In this document: positions 10,275 to 20,837 of the stretch, in pieces | How positions within the stretch are numbered: the first letter of the stretch is position 1 | Layout of the letters: each line of letters begins with the position of its first letter | NCBI GenBank assembly: GCA_965222075.1 | Contig: OZ244937.1 | Coordinates: forward strand, 5,088,001 to 5,152,000 | Origin: Candidatus Latescibacterota bacterium | Lineage (GTDB): Bacteria; Latescibacterota; UBA2968; GCA-2709665 | Length of the DNA: 64,000 nt | Reading direction: 5' to 3' | Position numbers and translations under genes: made by a program | Notes under the pieces: model-generated | What the model saw: only the letters and a program-made list of their open reading frames with translations | The model's database searches: none | What the model was told of the DNA's origin: nothing

Positions 10275-12386
10275 GTGGCGTTTAAGTATCGTCTGGGTGT
10301 GGACATTGGGGGTACTTTTACGGATGCGACTCTGATCAATGAGGAGACAGGCGAGATCCGGGTCGGAAAGGTTTCAAGCACGCCAAAAGATCCCTCTCTG
10401 GGGTTTCTGGAGGCAGTCCATCGTATGCTGTGGAAAGGAGGGGTGAAACCGGAGGAGGTGGGATACATCGTTCACGGCACCACGGTGGCAACGAATTCCA
10501 TCATCGAAGGGAAGACCGCCCGCACCGGTTTTTTGACGAGCGACGGTTTCCGTGATATGCTGGAGATCGCCCGGCAGGTGCGGCCGACCCTTTACGACCT
10601 GCAATTCGAGAAGCCAAAGCCGCTGGTTCCCCGCTATCTCTGTTTTGGCGTTCCGGAACGACTGGACGCCAGAGGGGAGGTGCTTACCTCGCTGGATGGT
10701 GAAGCCGTGAAGCGGGTGGCCGAGCGCTTCCGCGAGGAGGGGGTGGAGTCGATTGCAGTCTGCTTCCTTCATTCCTACGCCAACCCGGCCCACGAAAAGC
10801 GGGCCGGAGAGATCCTGCGAGAGGTTTTCCCGGAGGCGGTTGTTTCGCTTTCGGCAGAGGTCGCGCCGGAGTTTCGAGAGTATTTCCGGGCCAGCACGAC
10901 CGTGATCAACGCCTGCATCCGTCCCGTTGTCGCCCGGTACCTACAGAATATTGAGGACCGGCTAAGGGAGGAGGGGCTGGAGGCGGAGCTTCTGGTGATA
11001 CAGAGCAGCGGAGGGGTGTTGACTTTTTCCGCAGCCAGCGAGAGGCCGGTGTTTATGGTGGAGTCCGGTCCTGCGGCCGGCGTTATTTCATCCACCTACC
11101 TTGGGGGTGTGCTGGGTTACGGAGACGTGATTTCCTTCGATATGGGTGGAACAACGGCCAAGGTGGGTCTTGTTCAGGATGGGACGCCGCAGGTGACGAA
11201 GGATTACGAGGTCGGCGCGATCGCCCAGTCAGCAGCCTCCCGCGGTTCAGGGTATCCCATCCGCGCACCTGTGATCGACCTGGTGGAGATCGGTGCGGGC
11301 GGGGGATCAATCGCATGGGTGGACTCCGGAGGGGTGCTGCGTGTAGGCCCGCAAAGCGCTGGGGCCGACCCGGGGCCGGTCTGCTACGGCAAGGGAGGCA
11401 CGGAGCCAACGATCACGGATGCCAATTTGGTACTGGGACGTCTCAATCCCGGGTATTTTCTGGGGGGTGAAATCGAGCTGGACGCCGATGCTGCCCGGAA
11501 GGCGATCAAGGAACGGTGTGCAGATGTTCTGAAGCTGGATGTCGTAGAGGCGGCCAATGGCATTGTGGAAATCGCCAATTCGGCAATGATGAACGCGCTG
11601 CGCTTAGTGTCGGTGCAGCGGGGGTACGATCCGAGGGACTTTGTCCTGATGGGCTTTGGGGGCGCCGGCCCGGTTCACGCCAACCGGCTGGCGGCGGAAA
11701 CCGAAATCCCAACCACGGTGATCCCCATGAGCCCGGGAACGACTTCGGCGATGGGTCTGCTGGTTACCGATCTCAAACACGACTATTCCACGACGATGAT
11801 TGAGCAGGTGGACCGGGTGGATCCGGAGACCCTGGAGAAGGTCTTCCTGGATCTGGAAGCGCAGGGGCGATTGATCCTGGAGCGGGAGAGGATTCCGGAA
11901 GAACAGATGCACTTTGTGCGTCAGGCAGATGTCCGCTACGTAGGCCAGAGCTACGAGTTGACGGTACCGCTTCAAGACGGCAAGCTGGGTTCCGATGAAG
12001 TAAGCCAGGTGCTGGGAAAGTTTCACTCGGAACACGACCGGGCGTACGGGTACAGCGCTCCGGAAGAGCCGGTCGAGTTTGTGAACGTCAGGCTGTCTGC
12101 TATCGGCAAGATCGTCAAGCCCCGTCTGCGTGAGCTCGAAGGTGGGGGTGGAGATGTGAATTCTGCAAAGAAAGCGACCCGACCGGTCTACTTTGCCGAG
12201 AGCGGCGGGTACGTCGATTGTCCCATCTACGACCGCTACCGGCTTGGTCCCGGGTGCACTGTGGAGGGCCCGGCCGTGGTGGAAGAGGTCGATTCCACCA
12301 CGGTGATCCATCCAGGATATGGGGCTCTTGTTGACAGGTTCGGTAATCTGCTGCTCAGCGGCAGTGATCGCAGCGACGGAAGTTGA
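10275..12386 (+). CDS. Hydantoinase A/oxoprolinase family protein
   Basis: DIGGTFTD, HGTTVATN, ESGPAAG, DMGGTT, GPQSAGADPGP motifs. Confidence 0.93.
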   Translation: MAFKYRLGVDIGGTFTDATLINEETGEIRVGKVSSTPKDPSLGFLEAVHRMLWKGGVKPEEVGYIVHGTTVATNSIIEGKTARTGFLTSDGFRDMLEIARQVRPTLYDLQFEKPKPLVPRYLCFGVPERLDARGEVLTSLDGEAVKRVAERFREEGVESIAVCFLHSYANPAHEKRAGEILREVFPEAVVSLSAEVAPEFREYFRASTTVINACIRPVVARYLQNIEDRLREEGLEAELLVIQSSGGVLTFSAASERPVFMVESGPAAGVISSTYLGGVLGYGDVISFDMGGTTAKVGLVQDGTPQVTKDYEVGAIAQSAASRGSGYPIRAPVIDLVEIGAGGGSIAWVDSGGVLRVGPQSAGADPGPVCYGKGGTEPTITDANLVLGRLNPGYFLGGEIELDADAARKAIKERCADVLKLDVVEAANGIVEIANSAMMNALRLVSVQRGYDPRDFVLMGFGGAGPVHANRLAAETEIPTTVIPMSPGTTSAMGLLVTDLKHDYSTTMIEQVDRVDPETLEKVFLDLEAQGRLILERERIPEEQMHFVRQADVRYVGQSYELTVPLQDGKLGSDEVSQVLGKFHSEHDRAYGYSAPEEPVEFVNVRLSAIGKIVKPRLRELEGGGGDVNSAKKATRPVYFAESGGYVDCPIYDRYRLGPGCTVEGPAVVEEVDSTTVIHPGYGALVDRFGNLLLSGSDRSDGS

Positions 12387-12424
12387 GCGCTTTTTATCCG
12401 GGTAGCAAAGTTAAGGAGGGTGTG

Positions 12425-13222
12425 ATGAAGCTTTCTCTGTCTGGTCGATTGATTGAAGTGACAAAACAATCCTACGCGCTTGACGTGGAAGAATTTCTGG
12501 AGTTGTCCAGGAAAGCGGGCTATGAAGGGGTGCATTTGAGGGACGGGCAGATCGATCACCTTTTCAAGGAAGAGCGGTACGACGAACTGGAGGCGCTCTA
12601 TACGGATCACGGGCTGGAACCCAGTATGATCTGGGGGAGGCTGGATTCCGGTTCTTTTGATGGGGATTTGATTCAGAAGAAGATGGCGTTCCTGCAGCGG
12701 GTGGAGCTGGATCACCTGATCATTGGATATCCCACGGATATGGACCTGATCCGCGAATGGTGCGATCTGGCGGTACGGCAAGATGTCGGGCTTGTGATCG
12801 CCTGCCATGTAAACAGTCTTTTTGAGGATATCAGCCGCGCTGGGGAATTCGTACAGGAGGTCGACCGGCCGAATCTCGGGCTGAACGTTGATCCGTTGAA
12901 TATCTACATGGCGGAACAGGATTACGGTTTAAGTACGCTTGAGAAGATCAAAGACCTGCTTCGGGTTGTCAATGTACAGGGCGGTGTTCTGGGCCAGGGG
13001 GATCAGGTTGCCCACCGGTACTACAAGAAGACGACGCCTAATTTCCGCAGGGTGTTCCTGTGCGATGAGGATCATCTGGGTATCTCTCAGTTTGTTTCGG
13101 ATTTGAAGGCGATCGGTTATCAGGGGTATATCAATGTTTTAGAGCCATATTCCGAAGACTGCGATCTTCTGCAGGTCGCTTCGGATACGGCGCGACTTCT
13201 GGAAGGATATATCGAAGGTTGA
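12425..13222 (+). CDS. Sugar phosphate isomerase/epimerase family (xylose isomerase-like TIM barrel)
   Basis: AGYEGVHL, VDRPNLGLNVDPLN, LKAIGYQGYINVLE; AAGGAGG RBS upstream. Confidence 0.7.
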   Translation: MKLSLSGRLIEVTKQSYALDVEEFLELSRKAGYEGVHLRDGQIDHLFKEERYDELEALYTDHGLEPSMIWGRLDSGSFDGDLIQKKMAFLQRVELDHLIIGYPTDMDLIREWCDLAVRQDVGLVIACHVNSLFEDISRAGEFVQEVDRPNLGLNVDPLNIYMAEQDYGLSTLEKIKDLLRVVNVQGGVLGQGDQVAHRYYKKTTPNFRRVFLCDEDHLGISQFVSDLKAIGYQGYINVLEPYSEDCDLLQVASDTARLLEGYIEG

Positions 13223-13235
13223 AAGGACCGAATGG

Positions 13236-14264
13236 ATGTCTATTCATCAAGCAGATTGGCAGCGTCAGGATCAGCCGGTTTTGTCTACTATGACCACCAA
13301 GCAGGACTGGTGCCGGGTGGAGCTTTACAATCCGACGGTGATCCGCGTGGAAGACAGGTACATGATGTGGTATCTGGGCAACAGTACGGCCACGCGTACG
13401 AACGATTCGGACGTGGGTTTTGCCGAGTCGGCCGACGGCATCCACTGGACCGAGCATCCGGCCAACCCGATCCTGACCCGTGCCGATCTGCCCGCCTGCG
13501 ACGCCTGGCAGACGCCCCACGTGATGTTCGACGCCGACGAGGGCTTGTTCAGGATGTGGTTCGTCATGTCGACCGTTGTCCGGGGCGGGCCGACCGGGCT
13601 TCTCAGCTACAGCCAGCAGCTGGGTTACGCGGCCAGCCGCGATGGCTTGCAGTGGGACGTTCATCCCGAGCCGATCTACCCCAGCGGGCGGCGGCCGTGT
13701 GTGATCAAGGACGGCCCGGGCGCCTACCGGATGTGGATGAATTCATCGCCAAGCCCGGATGGAAGCTTTGAGGACCTGGTCCGGCATATCTATCGCTTCG
13801 AGTCTGCCGATGGCATCGATTGGACGCGGGATCCGGAACCTGTTGTTAGCTTCAACGAGAAGCTCAGGGGCACGATCTATCCATTTGTGATGCGGGACGG
13901 CGATGGGTATATCATGTGGTACGGCGGCTGGCATGTAGACGGCGAGGTGGTGATCGATGCGCGTTCCGATACGCCGGTGGTTCGCCCTCTGTTCGAGATC
14001 TTCTGCTCGACCTCGACCGACGGGTTGAGCTGGACGCACCACCAGGACAGGCCCGTCCTGCCTGCTACGCGTGATCCCAACGACTACGACGGGCGGTATA
14101 CGTCCACGCCGTGTGTCGTTGACGGCGGGGATCGCTATCTGATGTATTACTCTGCCCGGGACTGGGGCACCCTTTACCGGACTGGAGAGGGCACGCTCGC
14201 GGTCGATAAGGCTGGAATCTACCGCCACATCGGTGTGGCCGTGTGTTCGAAGACCACGATATAA
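13236..14264 (+). CDS. Five-bladed beta-propeller glycoside-hydrolase-like protein
   Basis: Repeated blades MWY...GFAESADGIHW, ASRDGLQW, ESADGIDW, STDGLSW. Confidence 0.75.
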   Translation: MSIHQADWQRQDQPVLSTMTTKQDWCRVELYNPTVIRVEDRYMMWYLGNSTATRTNDSDVGFAESADGIHWTEHPANPILTRADLPACDAWQTPHVMFDADEGLFRMWFVMSTVVRGGPTGLLSYSQQLGYAASRDGLQWDVHPEPIYPSGRRPCVIKDGPGAYRMWMNSSPSPDGSFEDLVRHIYRFESADGIDWTRDPEPVVSFNEKLRGTIYPFVMRDGDGYIMWYGGWHVDGEVVIDARSDTPVVRPLFEIFCSTSTDGLSWTHHQDRPVLPATRDPNDYDGRYTSTPCVVDGGDRYLMYYSARDWGTLYRTGEGTLAVDKAGIYRHIGVAVCSKTTI

Positions 14265-14484
14265 GAGGGTGTCCAACAGCAATTCTCCGCCCCCGCGGAT
14301 GTGGATGCGATGCCTCATTTACTATCCGCGTGTGATTTTCGCCGAGGGGGTGGCGCCTCCGATGGAAATTTTTCCGACCACAAAGCGGGTTGCTTTTGGT
14401 TCGCAATAGAGATTTGTAGTTGTTTTTGATATATTTACTTCTGTTGAGAAGCGGGGGGGGGGATGTAGACTTGTTGTCGAGATC

Positions 14485-14526
14485 AAAAAAAACCTCTTGA
14501 CATAACGGATAGATTTATTGTAAACT
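14485..14526 (+). promoter_or_regulatory. Putative sigma70 promoter of the outer-membrane uptake operon
   Basis: A-tract, perfect TTGACA (14497-14502), 18-bp spacer, TAAACT (14521-14526) in an AT-rich intergenic region. Confidence 0.55.
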
Positions 14527-14582
14527 TCCGTATTATATCACTCTGTTCTTTCATCGGCCCAAAGCCGGGAGGAGGATGTGTT

Positions 14583-15302
14583 ATGAGAAAGTGTAAAGTT
14601 GTCAGTTTCGTTGTGGTGGCGCTCCTGCTGAGTTCGACGGTGGTTGTCTACGGCCAAAGTGCGGGTGCAAGCTGGGGTGTGGGCGCATTTTTGGACTATA
14701 ATCGGTCGCTGTTCAAGATGAAAGACTGGTTTGCAGACGGTCAGGGGAAGGTGGGGGTGGTCTTCACCTACGTGGTGGGTCCCAAGGTGAGCGTGGAGGT
14801 GGAGTATAGCCGTTCCAGGTTCACCAACGGGAGCCTTCAGGAGCGCACGTTCACGTGGGGTGTAGACGGTAAGGACTACCTCTCGCCTGGTGCGGTGAGC
14901 CAGATGACGATGAACAATTTTTTGGTGAACGGGATCATCCGGAGGACTGGCGCGGAGGTTCTTCGTCAGGGGAGTTATGCGCCCTATTTGACGGTGGGTG
15001 CTGGGTTTTACGATTATTCGACGGATGTTCGGAATTTGATTTATCCGGGTCAGAAGACGGCGCCTTTGGACCAGGCGTTGAAGCTGGATGCGTTCAGCGA
15101 CACGCGCACGGCGCTTGGGGTGAACGCGGGTTTGGGGGTAGAGGGATTTGTGTTCGACAATATGGCTGTGGATCTTCGTCTTCGGTATAATGTGTTGTTG
15201 GGTGAGCTTCGTCCCATGGAGGCGTGGGGGATAGAGGGGCAGACGTTTCCGATGCAGTTTTGGAATGTTCGGGGAGGGTTGAGGTTTTATTTTGCGCGGT
15301 AG
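14583..15302 (+). CDS. Outer-membrane beta-barrel protein (OmpA-transmembrane-like)
   Basis: Signal peptide, amphipathic strands, PYLTVGAGFY, terminal GLRFYF; GGAGGAGG RBS. Confidence 0.75.
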   Translation: MRKCKVVSFVVVALLLSSTVVVYGQSAGASWGVGAFLDYNRSLFKMKDWFADGQGKVGVVFTYVVGPKVSVEVEYSRSRFTNGSLQERTFTWGVDGKDYLSPGAVSQMTMNNFLVNGIIRRTGAEVLRQGSYAPYLTVGAGFYDYSTDVRNLIYPGQKTAPLDQALKLDAFSDTRTALGVNAGLGVEGFVFDNMAVDLRLRYNVLLGELRPMEAWGIEGQTFPMQFWNVRGGLRFYFAR

Positions 15303-15471
15303 GTCGTCGTTCGTTGTAGGGGATTGGTATCTCGTAGAAGCACACCAGAAGAGACGAGCGACGATCTGAGCTGGGAGAAAGGAGGGCGGGAGTGGCGTAA
15401 AGACTTTCTGTTCAGAATTTCGTATTCCGGGGGGAATGAGATTCTATTACCCGTAAAGTAAGGAGGAACAG

Positions 15472-18400
15472 ATGAACAAGTTGAAGATAGGTTTGGGAGC
15501 TGTGCTTGCGCTGTGCGCTGTTCTGGCGATGGGCAGTGCAGCTACGGCAGGGACCACCGGGAAGGTGGTGGGTGTTGTGATGGACGAGAAGGGGCAGCCG
15601 CTGCCGGGGGCCAGCGTGGTGCTTGAAGGGACGCAGAGGGGGTCGACGACGGATGCGGACGGATCTTACGTTATTGTTTCGGTCGATCCGGGGGTCTACA
15701 GGGCGGCGGCCTCAATGGTGGGTTACCATCCGATCACACAGGATAAGGTGGCCGTGCGTGCGGATTTCACGACGACGTTGAATTTCACGCTTCGGGAGCA
15801 GGCGCTGGAGTTGGAGGAGATGGTGGTGACAGCAGAGCGTCCGCCGGTGGAGCCGGACAAGACGGAGAGCCGGTACCATGTGACCGCCCAGCAGATCCAG
15901 CAGACTCCGATTTTGCGGAATGTGACGGAGTTCATCACGCTGGAGGCCGGAATGGCCTCGGACGGTACGATGGCCAGCCGGGGCTGGCTGCAGACCCACA
16001 ACACGGTTTACGTGGACGGCATCCAGGTTCAAGCCAGGGACGGGAGGGGGATCGGCGGTGGCTGGGCCCTCGCCGGAGAGAGCCAGTGGTGGGGGGTCAA
16101 CGTAAAGGCGGTGCAGGAGATCTCGGTGATTACGGGCGGGGCGAACGCCGAGTACGGGAACTCGAATGCGGCGGTGATCCAACTGGTGACCCGGGATGGC
16201 GGGGCCGCCTACCACGGGGAGGTGGAGTACCGGCTGACGCCTGCGGGGAAGAAGCACTGGGGTGTGGATGTCTACGAGGCGCCCGAGCTGCGCGGGAACG
16301 CGAAATGGGACGACCCGGAGTGGGTGTCCGAGGTGGACCCTGTGACGGGGAACCTGGTGCACCAGCGGAGCAACTACACGGACGTGCGGGGTCATTACTT
16401 CGACGGTGTTTTGAGCGGTCCGCTGCTTTCAGATGCGTCCTTCTTCGTCAGCGCCCGGCACCTGCGGGACGCCGCAATACTCCCTGGACCCTGGGAGACG
16501 CGGCCTCCCAATTTCCGGTCCACGGCGAAGCTGACCGTGCCGGCGGGTCAGAATGTGAAGCTGCGGTTCGGGTGGATCTACGACTGGTCGAAGGATTTCA
16601 ACAACGGAAGAATGTCCAGGTACAGCTTTGGACAGATCATCAGGGGCACCGGACGGGACCTCTTTATTCCGGCAGAGTCGGTTGCGGGAGATGAAACCCG
16701 GCTGGACAACATGGTTTACAGCGTCTTCACCCATACCATCAATCCGAAGACGTTTTACGAGGTGAGGTTGGGGTATTACCAGAGCAAGCTCGACACCAGC
16801 AACGTGGGGACCGTTTCCACAGCGGTCAGGACCGGCAAGGAGGGATATTTCTACATCGGCCGGGAGGACGTGTGGGCCTTCAAGACCGGTGAACAGAAGC
16901 GGTTCACTGTGAAGGCCGACCTCTCCAGCCAGGTGACCAAGGGGCACTTTGCCAAGACCGGGTTCGAGTTCGTCAGGTTCGAAAACTGGTGGACCTGGAC
17001 CGGGATGACGCCCGGGGACGCGAAGCGGGATATCCGGTACATCGGCCAGCCCGAACCGGGCACCCCGGTGACGCCCAAGCAGATCGCCCTCTACGTCCAG
17101 GACAAGATGGAGTTCGAGGGGTTGATCGTGAATGCCGGGATCCGCTACGACCGGATGTGGGGACAGGAGATGCAACTCCTCCCCTCGTTCACGTCGGGCT
17201 GGTACAATCAGATGAACCGGTTCATCCAGGCGCCCACGGCTCCGATGCGTGTGATCTCCGGATGGGGCCCCAAGCTGGGGATCTCGCACCCGATCACGGA
17301 AAATTCCAGCCTGCATTTCTCTTATGGCAGGTACCGGATGCTTCCGTCGTTCCGGAGGATGTTCACCAGCCATTGGGAGACGGCCTCGGGTCCTGAGGGC
17401 ATTCCTGGCGTGCAATGGAGCCATTTCAATGCCAAGGACGAAAGCTACTCGATGAACGCCGTCAGCAAGGTCTATGACAAAGGGCACGAGGAAAACAGTT
17501 TTGAAGTGGGCGCCGACTGGAACTTTGTGGCCGACTATGTGGTTTCTCTGGCTGCCTTCTACAACAGCGGCAATTTCCAGCCTGGAACGGGGTGGCACGA
17601 TGCCGTTGATCCGGTGACCGGGAGGACCGGCGGGATAGGCGGCACGTACGCGGCCAATCGGGTCGAGGACAGCAGGGGCTTCGAGTTCAGCCTGAGGAAG
17701 AGCTTCAGCAACTACTTCTCGTTCCGCGCAGCATTGAACATCGAGTGGCTGGACGCCGCCCACTGGCTGGGTGATTTCAAGTCCCAGTCGTTCATTCTTG
17801 TCTATCCCGATTCCAACTTCATCGCCAGCGGAAGGTACCACTATCAGTGGGAGGTGGCAGGCGGCAAGGAGGTGCCTGTGCCCCTGACGGACGCGGAGAT
17901 CCGGGAGATCGGCGCCAAGGCCAACGATAATCTGCGGAGGGTCAGGGCCGACCCGAATGCCTTCAACGCCAGAGGCGGCGAAGCAGAGATCCTGCCGGCG
18001 TGGGAGGCCCCGGGGTTGCCGGATGGGGCGGCGGATTATCTGCAGGACATCTGGTATCAGCATATGTGGATCGGCGTCAGCCCCTTCACGCGGGGGCGGA
18101 GCGGCCAGGGCAGTATGCAGGTGTTCGCTTCCACGCCGCAGGACTTCGGGCCGGGCGCCATGTTCGGCGGAAGCAAGCTCCTTGGCGGCATCAACTTCAA
18201 CATGATCTACCGGATCTACACCGGGGGTAAATGGAACTACCTCAACGTTGAGGGAAAGTCGAAACCGGGGCGGGGGCCTCTGCACACGGAAACCGATCTG
18301 AACGTGCAGAAGCAGATCCGCTTCGGGGGCCTGAACGCCAACGTCTTCCTGGAGGTGTTCAACCTGTTCAACCAGGGGGACACGACAGCCCGGGGTTCGG

Positions 18401-18534
18401 ACTACATGTGGTGGGGGCTCGAGAGGCCCAGGCCCGACGACCCGACCTACCTGGAGTATGGGGACACCAGCGACCGCTCGCGTTTCATCGGCAGTCCCCG
18501 GACTACGCACATGGGGATCAGGTTGAGCTTCTGA
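15472..18534 (+). CDS. TonB-dependent receptor
   Basis: Signal peptide, GTTGKV carboxypeptidase-regulatory domain, plug motif ISVITGGANAEYGN, YVQDKMEF, FNLFN, terminal GIRLSF. Confidence 0.9.
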   Translation: MNKLKIGLGAVLALCAVLAMGSAATAGTTGKVVGVVMDEKGQPLPGASVVLEGTQRGSTTDADGSYVIVSVDPGVYRAAASMVGYHPITQDKVAVRADFTTTLNFTLREQALELEEMVVTAERPPVEPDKTESRYHVTAQQIQQTPILRNVTEFITLEAGMASDGTMASRGWLQTHNTVYVDGIQVQARDGRGIGGGWALAGESQWWGVNVKAVQEISVITGGANAEYGNSNAAVIQLVTRDGGAAYHGEVEYRLTPAGKKHWGVDVYEAPELRGNAKWDDPEWVSEVDPVTGNLVHQRSNYTDVRGHYFDGVLSGPLLSDASFFVSARHLRDAAILPGPWETRPPNFRSTAKLTVPAGQNVKLRFGWIYDWSKDFNNGRMSRYSFGQIIRGTGRDLFIPAESVAGDETRLDNMVYSVFTHTINPKTFYEVRLGYYQSKLDTSNVGTVSTAVRTGKEGYFYIGREDVWAFKTGEQKRFTVKADLSSQVTKGHFAKTGFEFVRFENWWTWTGMTPGDAKRDIRYIGQPEPGTPVTPKQIALYVQDKMEFEGLIVNAGIRYDRMWGQEMQLLPSFTSGWYNQMNRFIQAPTAPMRVISGWGPKLGISHPITENSSLHFSYGRYRMLPSFRRMFTSHWETASGPEGIPGVQWSHFNAKDESYSMNAVSKVYDKGHEENSFEVGADWNFVADYVVSLAAFYNSGNFQPGTGWHDAVDPVTGRTGGIGGTYAANRVEDSRGFEFSLRKSFSNYFSFRAALNIEWLDAAHWLGDFKSQSFILVYPDSNFIASGRYHYQWEVAGGKEVPVPLTDAEIREIGAKANDNLRRVRADPNAFNARGGEAEILPAWEAPGLPDGAADYLQDIWYQHMWIGVSPFTRGRSGQGSMQVFASTPQDFGPGAMFGGSKLLGGINFNMIYRIYTGGKWNYLNVEGKSKPGRGPLHTETDLNVQKQIRFGGLNANVFLEVFNLFNQGDTTARGSDYMWWGLERPRPDDPTYLEYGDTSDRSRFIGSPRTTHMGIRLSF

Positions 18535-18574
18535 CTTCGGGCCTTAATCATCATTTTCGAGGAGGTTCAGGATC

Positions 18575-20791
18575 ATGAAAAGGATCACGATATGCGGGAC
18601 GATGTTCCTGCTCGTTGGACTGGTGTTATGGAGCTCGGCACCCGCGCAGGAACTCCGGCTTCAGTCCCGCGCGAAGGTGTGGGATGTCTACTGGAACCAG
18701 GGTGCTCAGGGTGTTCGGCAGGCCACGCCCATGAGTTGGTATCGCCCCACGGGCATGCAGTATCCCGGCAAGTTCTGGGTGCAGTATCCAAAGGAATTCA
18801 TCAACTACTGGGGGACGAGGGACTGGGGGGTCAGCGGGTGGCGGGTGTGGTACAACGAGCTGAACGGCACGATGCCGGGGTTCAACCAGTTTATCGCAAC
18901 TCTGGAGGGTGGAGAGTATCACGTCTCCGAGTCGAAGGCGAACCTGGAGTCGGAGGACGTGGTCGGCCTTGGCTACGATCCGTCCCAGGGGCCGGAGGCG
19001 AACATCGGCTATAGCAAGGTTTCTCCTCTGGGCCCCCCGATGGCCAACTGGTACCCTGGACAGGATCCACCGGGGCCCAATATCCCGGTGGAGATTCACA
19101 ACTACCGGTACAGCGAGTACATGGAGGCCGACAAGGACCATTTCCCCGAGAGCATCATCATCAGCCACTGGACCACCAAGAAAGGGATCGCCGTCACCAA
19201 GAAGGCCTACGCCTGGAGCTATCCGGACTACGACGACTTTGAGCTCCTTGAGTATACCTTCGAGAACACCGGGGACCTGCAGCTCAACGACACGTTTCTG
19301 ATCTTTTCGGTGCGCTTCTATATCTCCCAGGCCGGGCAGGCGCACTATGTTTCAGACTCCTACTATCGTTACACCGTACCGCTGGCCCTGGACGATTGGT
19401 ACAAGTACACAGAGGCCGCCAACTTCGACGGACCCGCGGAGGCGCAGGGCTTGAAGATGTGGTACGCCTTTGACGGGGACAACCCGGACATTGTCGGGAA
19501 CGACATCGGTAAGCCCTACAGCAAGGAGCGGGCCTACTCGTCCTGGCACAACTGCTGCCTCAAGTTCACGAAGGTGGAGGGGGAGCTCGGGGCCTTCCAG
19601 TGGGTCGCCGTCTCACCGCTCGCATATATGCCGGGCGCGGCGGACGATCCGTCGACCTTTACCTACGACACCGGTGGAGATGGGAGCTTTGTGGCGCCCA
19701 GGGTGGCGGACCAGCCCCAAACCGTGAAGTGGTGGGACTATCGGACCCGGACCGACTACAGCGAGCCGGGTTCGGAGAACAATAGCTCGCAGCAGATTTA
19801 CGAGGCGATGACGAGTCCTCCGGGCTTCATTCAGGACAATCCCACGACGGTAGACGGGCTCAACGCCTCGTTTTCCTACGGTCCCTACGACCTGGCGCCC
19901 GGAGACAAGGTAAGGATCGTCTACGCGCTGGTGGCGGCCGCGCCGGTGGAGGAAAACATCCAGGGCTGGGCAAACGCGGGAAACCAGGCGGATATGTTAA
20001 CCGACAAGGGGATGAACAACCTGCTCAAGCACTACACGGCGGCCAGCAACGCCTGGAAATGGGGCTTCGACCTGCCTGATCCCCCACCGGACGTGAAGAC
20101 GACCACGGGCGCCTCGGTCGACGGGTTCAACCAGATCACCTGGACGAACGACGGGGATGACGCCAGCGATCCGGACTATTCGGGTGCAGAGGCTCAGGAC
20201 ATTGCCGGCTACCGGGTCTACAGGTCTGAGTTCAAAGTTGACGACTGGAAGCTCGTGGCCGATGTCCCCAGGGGGGGCAGCTACTCCTACGAGGACCTCC
20301 AGTCCGTGGCCGGGTTCGAGTATTTCTACCGCGTGGCGGCCTACGACACGGGGCACGACGACTGGAACGGAACCGGCACCGCCATCCCCCCCCTGGAGGG
20401 AGGGCACAGCTCTCCGGAGCAGTGGGCGAACGGCGTGCTGACCGACATTCCTTTCGTGCCCGCCAACCCGGCGGCAGACGGGATGCAGCGGCAGATCAGG
20501 GTGGTACCCAACCCGTACAAGGTGGACGGCGCCCACAACTACCCCACGGCGGGGCTGATGCGGTTTCTGAACGTTCCGCACAAGGCCACGATCCGGATCT
20601 TCACGGTGGCGGGGGAACTGGTTTCCGTGGTCGAGCACGACGACCCGTCCAAAGGCGAGGCCACGTGGAACCAGACACCGCTGACGGGGTTGATGAGGAT
20701 GCCCGCAGGCATCTATTACTGGGTAGTGGAATCGAAGGTGGCCGGCAGCCAGGGGCAGACCCAGCGGGGCACCCTTATGCTGATCAAGTGA
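18575..20791 (+). CDS. Secreted protein with Fn3-like domain and T9SS/FlgD-like C-terminal sorting domain
   Basis: Signal peptide; AGYRVYRS...YFYRVAAYD Fn3; C-terminal VVPNPY...IRIFTVAGELV...PAGIYYWVVES. Confidence 0.75.
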   Translation: MKRITICGTMFLLVGLVLWSSAPAQELRLQSRAKVWDVYWNQGAQGVRQATPMSWYRPTGMQYPGKFWVQYPKEFINYWGTRDWGVSGWRVWYNELNGTMPGFNQFIATLEGGEYHVSESKANLESEDVVGLGYDPSQGPEANIGYSKVSPLGPPMANWYPGQDPPGPNIPVEIHNYRYSEYMEADKDHFPESIIISHWTTKKGIAVTKKAYAWSYPDYDDFELLEYTFENTGDLQLNDTFLIFSVRFYISQAGQAHYVSDSYYRYTVPLALDDWYKYTEAANFDGPAEAQGLKMWYAFDGDNPDIVGNDIGKPYSKERAYSSWHNCCLKFTKVEGELGAFQWVAVSPLAYMPGAADDPSTFTYDTGGDGSFVAPRVADQPQTVKWWDYRTRTDYSEPGSENNSSQQIYEAMTSPPGFIQDNPTTVDGLNASFSYGPYDLAPGDKVRIVYALVAAAPVEENIQGWANAGNQADMLTDKGMNNLLKHYTAASNAWKWGFDLPDPPPDVKTTTGASVDGFNQITWTNDGDDASDPDYSGAEAQDIAGYRVYRSEFKVDDWKLVADVPRGGSYSYEDLQSVAGFEYFYRVAAYDTGHDDWNGTGTAIPPLEGGHSSPEQWANGVLTDIPFVPANPAADGMQRQIRVVPNPYKVDGAHNYPTAGLMRFLNVPHKATIRIFTVAGELVSVVEHDDPSKGEATWNQTPLTGLMRMPAGIYYWVVESKVAGSQGQTQRGTLMLIK

Positions 20792-20837
20792 TTCGGGCGG
20801 CGACCTTCTAAGCCTTCGCCAAAAAGGAGATATCACG

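Noticed and set aside
16429-18510. 693-aa minus-strand ORF (also 30483-32375, 2404-3954, 40011-41504 and similar)
   Set aside because: These are antisense shadows of well-supported + strand genes in GC-rich DNA, with no recognisable motifs.
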